Of a stretch of DNA of 64,000 nucleotides, positions 1-13,244 are shown piece after piece; within the stretch, counting starts at the first letter, position 1; the number at the start of each line of letters is the position of its first letter. Source of the stretch: Eledone cirrhosa (Eukaryota); assembly GCA_964016885.1 (NCBI GenBank), contig OZ024749.1, forward strand, positions 17,174,001 to 17,238,000, in the 5' to 3' direction. Position numbers and translations under genes: made by a program. Under the pieces are notes generated by a model that saw nothing but the letters and a program-made list of their open reading frames with translations, was not told the DNA's origin and did not search any database.

Positions 1-3000
1 GCCGAAGAGAAAAGTGTCTGTCTTTTGTCCTTTCTACCTGGTCCACCATATAATCTCTTTCGCAACTGCCACCAGACAGAGGAAAATTTCCTGCTCTTCC
101 TGACCTAAGGAAGGCGGTGGATCGATCTTCACTATGGACTCGGCCGATAGCCGGATTCGTTCTACATGCGACAGTAGCTGTTCGACATAACTCCACAAGT
201 CAGTAATGCACGGACATTGGACAAGTGCGTGCAGAACGGTTTCGTCGTTCTGTGCGCATCTTGGGCAGATCCGTCTGACAGCACTTCCGTACCTGTAGAG
301 TTTATCCCGAACCGGCAGTGCCCCCCGGTAGAACTGCCAAGCGAGGGATTTCTGGAAATTGTCCATCGTCCCCGGCTCAAAAGTCCTCCGGTACAGACTG
401 GTCAGTTCGACTTCGTCGAGGCCCAAAGCTTCTCCGATTGCGTCATCGCACTTGCCCACCACTAATCCTCTATAGAACTCGAGAGTGGAAGTTCCACTGA
501 TCGCATTGCCCGCTTGGTAGAGGGCAGTGAGTGCCTGGCAACATTCCAGGTGCCAGTCACCCAGTCTCGGTCTCTTCTTGACCCAGGACTGCAGCTCAGT
601 CAAAGAAATGAGCTGCGGAAAGGCCCGTCTGATAAACGGCGACCACACCTGTTCACCGTTGAGGCAGAATATCTGGAGATGTCACAGCTTCAACACATGT
701 CTGCGCATCATTAGCCACGGCATGCCCAGCCCTCCGCGTAGAGGGTGCTGGCAGCAGATGGACCGCCTCACCAACGGAACTTGTCCCCTCCACAAGAATT
801 TGAAGAAGAGCCGTTCCAGCTTGACGAGGCGCGGACGGGGGCAAGGCACGACGGTCAGGCGGTAGTAGATGACGGACGCGATGCACGCATTCGCCACCTC
901 CGCGCGACCTTTCAGTGATAGCTTCCTCCCAGCCCATTTTTGGGTGAGACTGGCTACTCTGCTCGTTACCTCGTCCCAAACCCCGAGCAACTTTACCGGT
1001 CCGTCCGTCCAGCGCCCACGACGCTGTTGGACGGCATGGGCTTGCCTCTCCAGGTTCCGAGCTGCAAGCCCACCGACTTTTCCGGGTTAAGTTTGGCTCC
1101 TGTCAACCTTTCATATTCCTTCAATAAGGTGCCGACCACCTCGATTTCTGAGGTGTTCGACACCATCACGGTGATGTCGTCCGCATAAGCCGACACCGCC
1201 TTTCCACGTCCCGGTTCGAGCGGGATGCCCTGCAACAGCTCCAGCTTCCGCAGTAAAGGCTCGAGAGTCAATACGTACAGAAGGGAAGAGAGAGGGCACC
1301 CTTGACGGACCGATCGGGAGAGCCGAAATGGTTCCGAGAGGTGGCCATTAACCTTGACCACCGAGCATGTGTCGCTGTGCATTGAAATGATCCAGCTGCT
1401 AAAGACGGCCGAAGCCAGCTGCTTTGAGGACAAACTCCAGATACCGATGGTCCACCCTATCGAATGCTTTCGATTGATCTAAATTGATCAGTGCCCCACC
1501 AAAGCCAGGTTTACACCCTACCCTCTCTATGATGTATCGCATGAGGTGGAGATTGTCGTGTATGGACCTGGCTGGGATTGCGCAAGTTTGCGCCTCCCCA
1601 ACCAAATCCTCGACGACAAGCGCCAATCTCTTTGCTAACACCTTGGCCAAAATCTTAAACTCTGTGTTGAGCAGAGTTATGGGCCTGAAGTTGTCTAATG
1701 TATCCCTCTTGTTCTCGTCTTTCCTTATCAGCGTCACCACTCCCCTGCTCACAGAACTGGGAATACTCCCATTCTGCTGCCAGTTGCATTAGAGTGCTTC
1801 GAGGAGTTCGGAGAACAAGTCTGGCATATTTACGTAAAGCTCGTAGGGCAGGCCATCCAAACCGGGTGACTTGCGCCTCATGCAGCCGAAAAGGGCGTCC
1901 TGAATTTCGGCTGAAGTAATCAGCCTTTCGCAGCGCTCAGCGTCGACCGTCGAGATGCGCGGCAAGCCGTCAAGGTAGGGACTGAAATCCGCTACTCTCT
2001 CTGACTCGCCACTCTCTCTGAACAACCGAGCAAAGTGCTGGCGAAAGGCCTCACACATCCGCTTGGAATCGCTTATCTCGTGTCCGTCTCGGTCCGCCAA
2101 AGACCGAATTGTGGTTTTATTACCACGCTGCGCCTCCACCACGCGGGCCCATCGAACAGCTTTAGTTCCCTCGTTTCTCAGCGCACTCGCCTTAGCTCTG
2201 ACAATGCAACCTTTGTGTTTGGCATTGAAGAAATTGTCTAATGCCATTCTCGCCGCTAGCACGTCAGTTGCGATGCCACTACAAATAGCCTCATCTAACT
2301 TATCTACCAGCTCCCCCTCCTTTCTATTTTTCTCTAACGCTAGTTCTTTGCTGAACTCTATCGAAGTTACTCTAATCTCTCTTTTGAGAGCCACCCACCA
2401 TCTGTTGTTGATGATCCCCCCTGTCAACTTTTGCTTAACTAAATTGTTGACTCGGTCCCTGTAAGCCTTACGTGCCGGAAATGACATGTTCAGCTTCCAG
2501 TAACCCGGTCCTAACCTACGCGTTTTATTTAGGTCGACCGTACAGATCACAAATTTGTGATCTGAATAGGCGACCGTTTTAAAAAGTGGACAGCCCACAC
2601 TATTTCTATCTATTTTCCTAATGAAGATCCTGTCTATATACGATCTAGATGACCCCATTCGGTTGGTCCATGTCCATGCTGGCACATTGGGGAAATCTAG
2701 TCGATACCTGTCAGACAGTTGGAACTGGCTGAGTAAGTGCTTGAGGCTTTTGCACCCCCCGCTCCTATCGGCTACTCCCACACAATCCCAGCGTGCGTCT
2801 AAGATGCCATTCCAGTCCCCCGCTAACAGTAAAGGGCGAGACGTACCCAGAAAGGTCTCCAGGCGCCTAAAGAAGTCAGGTCGTCCGGCCCCTGTAGGGG
2901 CGTAGACGGCCAACAGTCTAAAGACACCACCTTCGCTACTGCTCACATCCAAGACCACCAACTTACCGTCCGGGTCCCGGAAGATCGACCTTACCTCGAG

Positions 3001-3233
3001 ATCCAGTCCTTTCCTAAACAGCACTGCCCCCCCCCCATTCCCGGCCTGCTAACAGATGCGAAGATCTGATAGTCGTCGAAAATGGGGGCTAGTGCGCGCG
3101 TGTCGGAAATTCTGGTCTCGCTTACGGCAATCACATCCATTTCCAGCGACCGGAGGTCGTTGAGCAGGCGACCCTGCTTCCAAGGTGACCCCAAGCCGCG
3201 AACATTTAAACTTTCTACTCTTAATATGGCCAT
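1..3233 (-). pseudogene. LINE ORF2 (APE-RT-zinc finger) with frameshifts and stops
   Basis: SLNVRGL, AVSET, AGDWN, YIDRIF, SDH (APE); SPGLDGLP, FRPITLLN, LDQSKAFDRV, RQGCPLS, AYADD (RT); CPRC..ETVLHALVQC. Confidence 0.92.
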
Positions 3234-3242
3234 ATTGGTAAG

Positions 3243-5188
3243 CTAAGAGAGAGAGGGGGAAGGTTTACTTACCTCCCGGGTCTTGTGAAGGTCGGGTGGT
3301 TCGACCTCCATGGTTGGTGGGGTTTCTTTTGGGAACCCCTTTAAAAGTCTTGATGTGGGTTTCACATTCGGGGTTCCCACGTCTTGAGGAAAGCTCTCTC
3401 GAATTTCTTTGAAGGAATTGAATGACATTCGGACCAGAAGCAAATCTTCTGGCACGCAAAATGTGCTCATTTCAAAAATCTCCCCCTCTGTTTGAATGTC
3501 CTCGCTTCGCGCTAAGAGGTCCATCAGTTTATCGTTGGCCCGAAGTTTTTAACATTTTGTTGGTGTGGTTTTATTTGTTTTCGTTTTGGTGAAGGTGGTG
3601 GCGATGGTTTTGGTGGTGTTGTTTCGGGTATGTCTATGTTTGTTGTAGGTGTGGTGTCTGCAATTTCAGGTATTTGTGTGTTTATTTGTACTTGTGTTTG
3701 TTTAGGTTGTTTGCGTTTCGGGGATTGTGGAGGTGGTGTCGATGTTGCTGTTGGTGATGATGTTATTGGGGAAGTGTTTGCGTTAGTGGTATCTGTATTT
3801 TTTGTTGTGTGTGATTTTGTGTTTTGTTGGGGCTTTTTTTTTTGTGAGTTTTCCCTGTTATTTTGCACTTTTGGGTTTTCCTTCATCTTCGCTGCTGGAA
3901 GACAAAGGGTCTGTGTCTGTGAGTGTCTCTGTGTCTGTGTGTGCGTTTATTGTTTTGTCTATGTGCATAATTGGGGGGGGGGAGTTGGAGAGCTTTCCTC
4001 GTTTTCTCCTTGGATTGGTTTTGGTGTTGGTGGTGATCCGGCTGCTTTTGATGTTGGTGTCCGTGTTTTTGTTGATGTTGTTTTTAGTGGTGGTGGTGGT
4101 GCAACTTTCCGTGCTGATACTGGCGTTGGCAACAAAGGAGGTTTGCGACGCCCTGCATTTTTGCGCTGAGGGCAGAAGGCTTGAAGATGCGTTGCTTCCC
4201 CGCAGACGAAGCAGCGTGGCCTTCTTCCGTCAATCATTAGTTGGATTGTTGTCCCGTCCTGCAGGCGGGCAAAATCCGGGATGTTATTCATATCCTCCGG
4301 TTTCATTTGGAGAAGAATCTCCAAATCCATTCCGGACCAGTCTTCTCTCTCTGTCCTTTTGATGTCCAGGAGGGTAGTGTCTGTCCCCTCCTCGATTACG
4401 CATCCCAGCAACCACCATATGTTCATTCCTGGTGGGATGCTGGGAATGCGTACCTTCACTGTCCTTTTACCCATATAGGACGGATGCATGATAATGCGTT
4501 CCGTTCTGCAGGGGGTCACCGAGTGCTTAATAGCGAGGGCCTCGGTTTTGAACAGTACCGAGATGGTACCGAACTGTTTGCCTCTTGCTTTGTACTCTAT
4601 GTTACTTCCGATGTACTCCAAAGCAGCCTCTACCTCTGCTTGGCTCGCAAGTTCCACTTTTCGTGTCTGCACCGAAATACATCGAAAGAGCACCGTCCTC
4701 CTTTGCATGGCCGCTATTGCTTCGTCCGGGATGGTCAGGTTTGCCCAGGACTTCTCCCGTTTAATTAGCCTCCACGCTTTGGCCAACTGTTCGTCTTTAT
4801 CGCTAATATCAATATCAATATTCAATAAGCGCTTTGTTTTTGCTGCTGCTGCAGCAAATGTGATGTTTCTGATGTTCTTATTGTTGTTGTTGTCATTCTC
4901 GCTGTTGTTATTGGTGTTGCCACCGCCATCCTTGTTTACATTGAAGCTGTCGGTGTTATTGTCGTTATTGCTCTGAGTTGTTGTTGTGGTGGTGGTGATG
5001 TCGTTTTCAGATGATACTGCTGCTATCACAGATGGTTGTGACGGTAGCTTTTGAGTTTTGCCTTCACATTCAGTAGAGTGGATGACAGGCATGACTGTAG
5101 CCGTCGTAGTCGTGGTGAAATCTACAGTGGCTGCCGTTAAACTTTTGACCTGAACGTTGTTTACCGTTTCAAGGTCGAAAATTTCCAT
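3243..5188 (-). pseudogene. LINE ORF1 (gag-like, zinc knuckle), split over 3959-5188, 3524-3886 and 3243-3524
   Basis: CFVCGEATHLQAFC (CX2CX4HX4C) knuckle and a Pro/Thr/Lys-rich tail. A frame change falls near the G-run at 3973-3982. Confidence 0.8.
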
Positions 5189-5887
5189 AATTTTCTTTTG
5201 GTGGAAAGTGATTTTTTTCGAAGTTTTTAAAAATAAATCTGATTATTCGGGCTTAAAGCCCGAATATTGAGAGCTATCCCTCTCTTTAAATCAAGTTTCG
5301 TTAACGACAAGAAAATACAAAAAATGACACTTTAAAACAGCTTAAAGTTACGAACCTTGCAGATTTGTACTGTCTTCCCCCGCAGATTTGTACTGTCTTC
5401 ACACATGTGCGGCCATAATAATAATAATAATAATAATAATAGTACACTATTAATAATTATTAATGCACTCCTGCAATGCCTGTGCGTGAATAATATTTTT
5501 AAAGTGAGGAAAGGCTGTGCACTGAGCCAATCCCACTCTCTGAGCGACAGTAGCTATAACCTGAAAAGAAGAAAAGATCAACATCATCGGTAACTACTGA
5601 GCCGCAGGTTTTATGTCGGAGTTAACCCAGTTTCCTGAGATGCCTTCTCCTAGAAGAATGCCCTGACAAGGGCTAGGGATTCTTCACTCCCAGTGGTTTA
5701 ACTGCGCGATCGGGCATCCAGCCCGATTATTTCTGCCCCCGCACAAAAAAAAAAAAAAATCACTTATTGACACGTATACGTACGACATACACACACGCGC
5801 ATACATATGCGCGCACACACACGCATACATACGCGCGCACACAGCAACACTCATACATACAAACAAACACACACACGCTACACACTT

Positions 5888-5923
<36 letters not shown>

Positions 5924-6039
5924 TACCGTCATTACTGATACAAGATTACAAGATTATGTCAACTGTTGACTTTCAAGAGTTTGTATAGTTGAAGCCGATC
6001 GTATTACAGTCCAGTATTATTATAATTGCTTTACAGCAT

Positions 6040-6150
6040 AGAGTTATGGCTCTCCACGCTCTGAGCTTAAATCCCGCCGAGGTCAACCTTGCCTTTCATC
6101 CCCACGGAGTCAACAAAAGAGAGTACCAGTGATGCGCTGGGCCAGTCGCT
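6040..6150 (+). mobile_element. SINE fragment
   Basis: Degenerate B-box-like gagcttaaatccc followed by gccgaggtcaaccttgcctttcatcc...agtaccagt, which resembles a cephalopod SINE body (from recall). Confidence 0.5.
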
Positions 6151-6344
6151 GGATCCGTGCCAAAAGCAGAAATATTATTATTAAAGTTGTTTTCTTAAGG
6201 CCCGGTCGCTGGTGATGGTGATGGCGGCGGTGATGGTGGTGGTGGCAGTTGATGTTGTTGTTGTGTTGTGTGCGTGTGTGTGTGTGTGTTTTGTTATTTT
6301 GAGTTTTTTTTGTTTGTTTGTTAGTTTTATGGGTTTTTTTTATC

Positions 6345-6455
<111 letters not shown>

Positions 6456-7485
6456 CAGTTGTAATGCATAATATCACAGCTATTTCTAGTAGTTAGGGAG
6501 ACTACGTAGATGTTCTCTTATTGATATATAAGTGATATTTTATTGAGTGATACTTTCTGATTTACAATAAATTAAATACGATTAGAACTGTGTCTGAAGG
6601 TATTAAATTATATCAGGGACTTTTAACGTATGACACCGATAAGAGAGTTGAAACATGCGCAACGACACCGACTACCTGCTAATTATATCTTGTGTAACAA
6701 TTATATATATATACACAATTTTAATTCCCCGACATCAGTCTTACACTGTCATATCTATTCTTACTTTACAATTGTGTCTACTAAGAGTTCCCTTACAATC
6801 TGTAGTAGTAAAACTACTATTTCACCAGAACATCTGCTATCACTCATTTATAGACAATATATATATTTTAGACCACATATCAACCTAATATATATATATT
6901 TCTTATCAAATCTGTAGCTAAAGACATAAAGTCAGCTTCTCTACTTCATTCTGACAAGATATCAATTTATGACTAAAGATGAAGAAGTTACACCAACGTT
7001 AATGACGTGAAATAAAGCTGATAATATCTTTGAAACTTTGGTTGTTTAGTAACAACACAACACATTGATTATATGTGAAGGAGGTAAGTTGACAAAGATT
7101 TACTTAATGTCTATATTAATGTGTGTAAATAATATAATTACGTGAATCCTATAACGATCCAGTAATTATATACAAGTGAAAATATATATAACAACATTGG
7201 AAAAATATATTTCTTCCTCCACTTTTATATATAGAAAAAAAAACTTCCAAACTGAAATGTTGATGTGTTATTTTTCGATCAGCAGATTCCACTGTTACAT
7301 GTGATATAAAATATATTGTTATCATGACTGTCTTTATTATTTAAAATACCTCCGTCTATATTTCAACCACTGGAACAACCTCAAACAAGAAACAGTTGTC
7401 GCACCCTCAGTCAACATTTTAAAGTAAAAAATAGAAATAAATGTTATGAGTGTATATAGATAGATGTATGTTGTGTGTGTATATA

Positions 7486-7520
7486 TACAGTAATCCCCCG
7501 CTACATCGCGGTTCACTTTT
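7486..7520 (+). mobile_element. Single Tc1/mariner (pogo/Tigger-like) terminal inverted repeat end
   Basis: TA + CAGTAATCCCCCGCTACATCGCGGTTCAC. No partner TIR found. Confidence 0.4.
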
Positions 7521-7976
7521 TAAATTTTAAACTTATTAAATAAGTTTCAATGTGATTAAAGTGTATATCGTAAGGAAGGGACATCTTACGACCGTTACTG
7601 GCTGTTTTTTGGTGTTTAAATACAAAAGTATGTTTTAATGAGTTTGTAGCAGTTGCCTCCCTTGTTGTGACTCACAACCCCAATAGATTAACAACATCTA
7701 GACGGGAAGTAGAACCCTTTCTGTAACTTCCAGTCAGAACCCTATAAAACTAACAACTTTAAGTTCTCACTCTCTCATTTGCCCTTCCGGCGCCTGGCCT
7801 TCGCCAGGCGTCTTCTGCCAGTCTGCGTTTGCCTGGCAATCAAAACGGTAACTACTAACTTTGCTTCATTCTTTCATCTATTTCATTGACATGTCAACTA
7901 TACTGTTAAATTGTTGATTAAATATTATACACACAAACCATGTCTCCTTGTTACATTCATACAACCCAGTATCATC

Positions 7977-8160
7977 ATGGCTCAGTGGTTAGAACATTGG
8001 GCTTACTATCAAAAGGTGGTGAGTTCGATTCTCGGACCGGGTGATGTGTTGTGTCCTTGAGCAAGACACTTTATTTCACGTTGCTCCAGTTTACTTAGCT
8101 GTAGAAATGGGCTGTGATGTCACTGGTGCCAAGTTGTATCGGCCAAGCTTTCCCTTGGAC
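7977..8160 (+). mobile_element. tRNA-derived SINE
   Basis: A box tggctcagtgg, B box gagttcgattc, central tgtgtccttgagcaagacactt motif, 3' tail tgtgatgtcactggtgccaag...cccttggac. Confidence 0.8.
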
Positions 8161-8530
8161 ATATAAATAGTGTATATATACTGTATAATAAATATTGTAT
8201 ATATATATATGTTGTGATGTCACTGGTGCCAAGCTGTATTGGCCATAAGCTTTCCCTTGGAATATATATAGTGTATATATACTGTATAATATATATAGTG
8301 TATATATATGTTGTGATGTCACTAGTGCCAAGCTGTATCGGCCATAACCTTTGCCTTGGACATATATTTAGTGTATATATACTGTACACAGTGTATATAT
8401 AATATATACATAGTGTATATAAATAGTATATATATACGTTGTGACGTCACTGGTGCCAAGCTGTATCGGCCATTGCCTTTCTCTTGGACATCATATATAG
8501 TGTATATATACTGTACACAGTGTATATATA
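8113..8530 (+). repeat. Four tandem copies of the SINE 3' tail separated by TA-rich spacers
   Basis: tgtgatgtcactggtgccaagctgtatcggcc recurs at ~8113, 8213, 8312 and 8440; another copy lies at ~15087. Confidence 0.85.
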
Positions 8531-8949
8531 TCATCATCATCATCATCGTTTAACGTCCATATTCCACGCTCGCATGGGTTTGGACGGGAGTTTTCCCACT
8601 TGAGGCAAAGAGTGGTTGTCTTGCTTGCATAGGACTGTCTGGCGGGTTTTCTATGGCTGGATGCCCTTCCTAACACCAACCACATTTACAGTGTGGAACT
8701 GGGAGGTTTTTACCGTGTTACCTACACGGCCACATTACAGCATGGACTGTGTGTTTTTTTTTGTCGTGACACCTACACAACCTCGTTTGTTTCGGGCTGG
8801 ATGTTGTGGTACCAACATAACTTTACATTGAAACGGGTGGTGTGGATGGGGTGGGGGTAGTGGGACGGGGGTGTATTTTGTTAGAGGTGCCTACTGACTG
8901 TAGTAGGTTTCACTTTGCACTTAGGTAAGGCGAGTCTTCTCTATTACTG

Positions 8950-11520
8950 TGTAGCGCCAAAGATCTCGGTCCAGTGACATTGTCTTGGAGAGGTGTAAGT
9001 GTGTGAGGTCGGAATTTATCAACTCGTCCCAGGTTTTTCTGGATCTGCCTACTCCGTGGCTACCGTCTATTTTTATTGCCCTTCACTTTTTTATACAGCT
9101 GTCGTCTTTCATGCGCATCACGTGACCATACCAACGTAGTCTTCTCTCGAGTAAACAACATCTGATCCCTCTTATTTCTAATTTCTCCCTTAGTTCGTTT
9201 ATGCTTTGCCGTTCACATATATTACTATTACACATTCAGCGGAGCATGCAAGCTTCGTTTCTCTCCAGTCTGCGTATATCCTCTGCACACAATCTCCAGG
9301 TCTCACTGCCATGTAACATTGCTGTTCGTATGCAGGCATCATACAGCCTGCCTTTCATTTTTAGGGAGAACCCTTTAGCAGCCAATAGTGGTATAAGCTC
9401 TCTGAACTTTTTCCATCCTGTTCTGACTCTAGCTACTGTACTTTCAGAGCACCCTCCCCCACTGCTGATTTTGTCACCCAGGTAACGGAAGCTGTCCACT
9501 ATTTCTATAGAACCATCTGTGCAATGGAATGAGTTAGTATTCTCTGGGCACTTGCTGCTACTTATTGCACCAGAGCAACGGCCACATATAAAATTTATGT
9601 TCTTAGTTAGCTTACCTGTGATCCCACTACATCTTTTATGTACCCATACTTTGCATTTGGGACATAAAATGGAGTTTCTACCTACTCCTTTCCTACACAC
9701 TGAGCATGGCCATTTCCCAGATGGGAACGGTGCCCTATTTTCCTTCCTACAAACTAGAACTTTAGTCTTAGACAAGTTAACTTTAAGGCCTTTTGATTCT
9801 AGGCCATGCTTCCATGTTTGGAATTTCTTCTCTAGCTCGGCCATTGATTCAGCTATGAGCGTTAGATCATCTGCATATAGGAGTTCCCATGGGCAGCCGG
9901 TCTTGAACTCCCCTTTTGTAGCCTGAAGGGCAATAATAAATAGTAGAAGGCTAAGGACGGAGCCCTGATGAACACCAACTTTTACGCTAAACTCTTCACT
10001 ATATTCGTTGTTAATTCTCTAATGGCTTGTATAGTTCTCACAAGCCATTCATCAACACCTAGTTTTCTAAGGGCCCACCAGATAATCGAGCGGGGTACTC
10101 TGTCAAAGGCTTTCTCCAAGTCAACAAAAGCTAAGTATAGGGGTTTACTTTTAGCTAGGTACTTCTCCTGTAGTTGTCGTACAATGAAAAGAGCGTCTGT
10201 TGTACTTTTACCTGACACAAACCCGAACTGATTTCATCTAGATCAATTCGCTCTCTGATTAGTTGCGCTATTACTTTTTCTGTGACCTTCATGACCTGGT
10301 CAATTAATTTAATGCCTCTATAGTTTCCCCTATCTAGGGCATCACCTTTACCCTTGTAGCAGTTAATGATGATGCTGCTGTGCCAGTCCTTCGGAATGAC
10401 CCCATTCTGTATGACTTGGTTTACTATCCGGGTGACCATAGTGTGTCCCACCGTTCCAGATACTTTCAGCATTTCGGCAACTATTTCTGAAGGCCCAGCC
10501 GCCTTGGCCGTCTTCATGTCTTTGATCGCCTTACTTATTATACTACCTTCAACTTGCACTGTTGGTCCCTCTATTGGGTCGATGTGGGGGAGACTGTCTT
10601 TCTTCCAATTATTCTCCTCATTTAGTAGCCTTTCGTAGTGACACTTCCAAGCTACCTTCTTATCAGCATCAGTGATGGCAAGTACACCATCATCATTTAG
10701 GACACACTTCTCCCCGAAAATATCACTGTTTTCCTTGTACACATTGCCTAGCAATCCTGAACACCTCACGTTTTTGGTCCTCGCGTTGTAGAACATGCTT
10801 GAACTTTCTTTCCTCTGCTTCCCTTCTTGCTAAGTACACTTGTCTCCTAGCTTCCCTCCTGGCCACTTGATAGTCTTCTCTACTTCCCCCTTCCCGCCAT
10901 GCTTTCCAAGCCTGCTTTTTGGCCTTGATTGACCTCTCCACCTTACTGTTACTCTCCTCCTGCCTATAGGCCTGCTCCAGCCACAGGTTTCATCTGTCGC
11001 CTTCAGCAGGTTAGCTTTCAGGAATTCCCACTGTTCCTCTATATTGTACGACTCTAATTGCTCTTCCTTACTATCAAAAGCATCAAGTAATATGCTTTTA
11101 TATTTATGACTCGCTGTGGGGTCCTTTAATTTCCATATTTTTCTCTTGAGGATAGTCCTCTTCTGTTGTCAAATACGTCTCGTCCTGACTATGAGGTCGT
11201 TAATTATGAGTCTATGTTGAGACGTGCATTCTTCATGGGGGAGGGATTTAGTGTTTACAACAGACACTCTGTTACGTCTCCTGGTAAGGATATAATCTAC
11301 CTGGCTCGTGTGTTCCCCCGATCTATAGGTGATCAAGTGATTGTCTCGTTTTTTGAAGTTAGTGTTACAGATAGTTAGGTTATTTGCGTCACAGAATTCC
11401 AGGATTCTGGATCCTTCCTCATTTCTAGTACCAAACCCATAGCCTCCGTGGATTCCGCCATAGCCATCACAATGTTGTCCAACGTGACCATTTAGGTCGC
11501 CAGCAATAATTATATAGTCA
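8950..11520 (-). mobile_element. RTE-clade LINE, decayed (APE, RT, zinc-finger-like insert)
   Basis: IAGDLNGHVG, SQVDYIL, NYRGIKL, FVDLEKAFDRVP, CSVCRKGVGRNSILC, MLHGSETW; several frameshifts. Confidence 0.9.
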
Positions 11521-11779
11521 CTGTATATATATATCATCATCATCATCATTTTACGTCCCTTCTTCCACAGTAGTATGGGTTAGACAGGTTACTACTGTTG
11601 TGGGCAGTACCAGGTAGGGTGAACTTGTCTTGCTCAGATGTGAACTGATTTTGGCTTGATTTCTACAGCTGGATGCCCTTCCTAACACCAACCTCACAGT
11701 GAGTGACAGGTGCTTTTTTGTCGTGACACCTCCAGGGCCACTTTACAGTAGGAGGGGATGGGGGCATATTGTCTATATG

Positions 11780-13045
11780 CTTCAGCTTCGGCTTGTACCC
11801 AGGGAGTACAACACAACCTCCTCTCCTGCACGCAACATTTGATTCCTCTTATGCTCAGTCTCTCTCTCAATTTGTTAATGCTTTGTTCTTCGTCCATCGG
11901 AGCATGCAAGCTTTGTTTCTTTCTAATCTACACAAGTCTTCTATAGACAGTGCCCAGGTCTCACTACCATGTAACATTGTTGTTCGTATGCACGCATCAT
12001 ACTGTCTGCCTTTCATTTTGAGGGAAAAGCCTTTTGTAGCTAGCAGTGGCAGTAGCTCCCTGAACTTCTTCAATCTCGTTGTTACCCTGGTTACTGTACT
12101 TTCAGAACACCCACCTCCGCTGCTCATTTGGTCACCTAGGTAGCAAAAGCTGTCTACTGTTTCTACAGAGTTTGGTGGTGCTTGTTTCTTTAGTTCCGCC
12201 ATAGATTCAGCTATAAGTGTGAGATCATCCGCATATAGGAGTTCCTATGGGCATCTGGTCTTAAACTCCTCTGTTATAGCCGGCAATACTATAATAAAGA
12301 GGAGAGGGCTAAGAACAGAGCCCTGGTGGACACCGACCTGTATGCTAAATTCCTCGCTATAGTCATTGTTAACTCTAACCTTGCTGACTGCTCCCCTATA
12401 CATGGCTTGTACAGCTTTCACAAGACGTTCATCTACTACTCCTAGTTTTCTAAGAGCCGACCAGCACGGGGCACTCTGTCGAAGGCTTTTTCTAGATTGA
12501 CAAGAGCCAGGTAGAGCGGTTTACTTTTAGCTAGCTACTTTTCCTGTCACTGCATCACAAGGAGGAGAGCATCAGTGGTGCTTTTTCCTGTCACAAGCCC
12601 AAACTGCATCTCACCTAGTTTTACCCAGTCCCTGATCAAATGTGCTATGACTCTTTCCATTACTATCATGACCTGGTCCATCAGCTTTATACCTCTATAG
12701 TTTCTTCTATCTAGTGTATCTCCTTTACCCTTGTAGCAGTTGACGATGATGCTGCTGCACCAATCATTTGGCATGACACCCTCTACTATTACCTGGTTAA
12801 CAATATGTGTGGTTATTATCTTATCTACCCATTTGTCAGCTAATAGTATACCTACACCACCCATCCCATTGTCATTTCCCACCCAGAAAAATTTATAGCA
12901 TTGACTTTTGCCTACAAGGACTCTAGCGGACTCTCCTCTCCATCTAGTCTCTTGCACACAGCATACGTCAATATCCTTTCACTCTAGCATGTCTATAATT
13001 TCTCCTTCCCTTCTTTTCATTGTGCTTATGTTGATGCTGCCAACT
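11780..13045 (-). mobile_element. Second RTE LINE copy, internally deleted
   Basis: QETRW (APE) fused directly to the RT-proximal NYRGIKL region; MLHGSETW. Confidence 0.85.
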
Positions 13046-13244
13046 CAGAGTTTTGGACATTTGCCATCATTTGTGGGAGAGGGTGAATTTTTGCAGTGGA
13101 GTGTGTATGCTTCCTGGCTATGAATTAAAGCTTTGCACGGGTGCTTGGTAACTCGCGGTTTCATATTCATTTATTTATTTGGGTTTGTTCCATTTATCCT
13201 TCGCTCCTCCATAGATAACAGTAAACAAGAATTCTTTGGTGCAG

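Larger units (their letters stand above)
1..5410 (-). mobile_element. Tx1/L1-clade non-LTR retrotransposon, 5' end present, 3' end runs off window, disrupted
   Basis: ORF1 with CCHC knuckle, then ORF2 pieces in the order APE endonuclease - RT - C-terminal Zn finger. The 5' end abuts an (ATA)n tract at ~5415. Confidence 0.9.

Noticed and set aside
2063-4976. Plus-strand ORFs over the LINE
   Set aside because: Antisense shadows of ORF1/ORF2 with no independent motifs.
5615-5695. Minus-strand HHR-like motif (ggagt gaaga...gaaa ctgggtta actcc)
   Set aside because: Core lacks C3/U4, and helices II and III are not convincing.
7645-7974. Possible solo LTR (TG...CA with tataaaa and attaaa)
   Set aside because: No target-site duplication or second copy visible.
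7977-8050. tRNA gene
   Set aside because: A and B boxes are present but there is no full cloverleaf, and the sequence continues into a SINE body.
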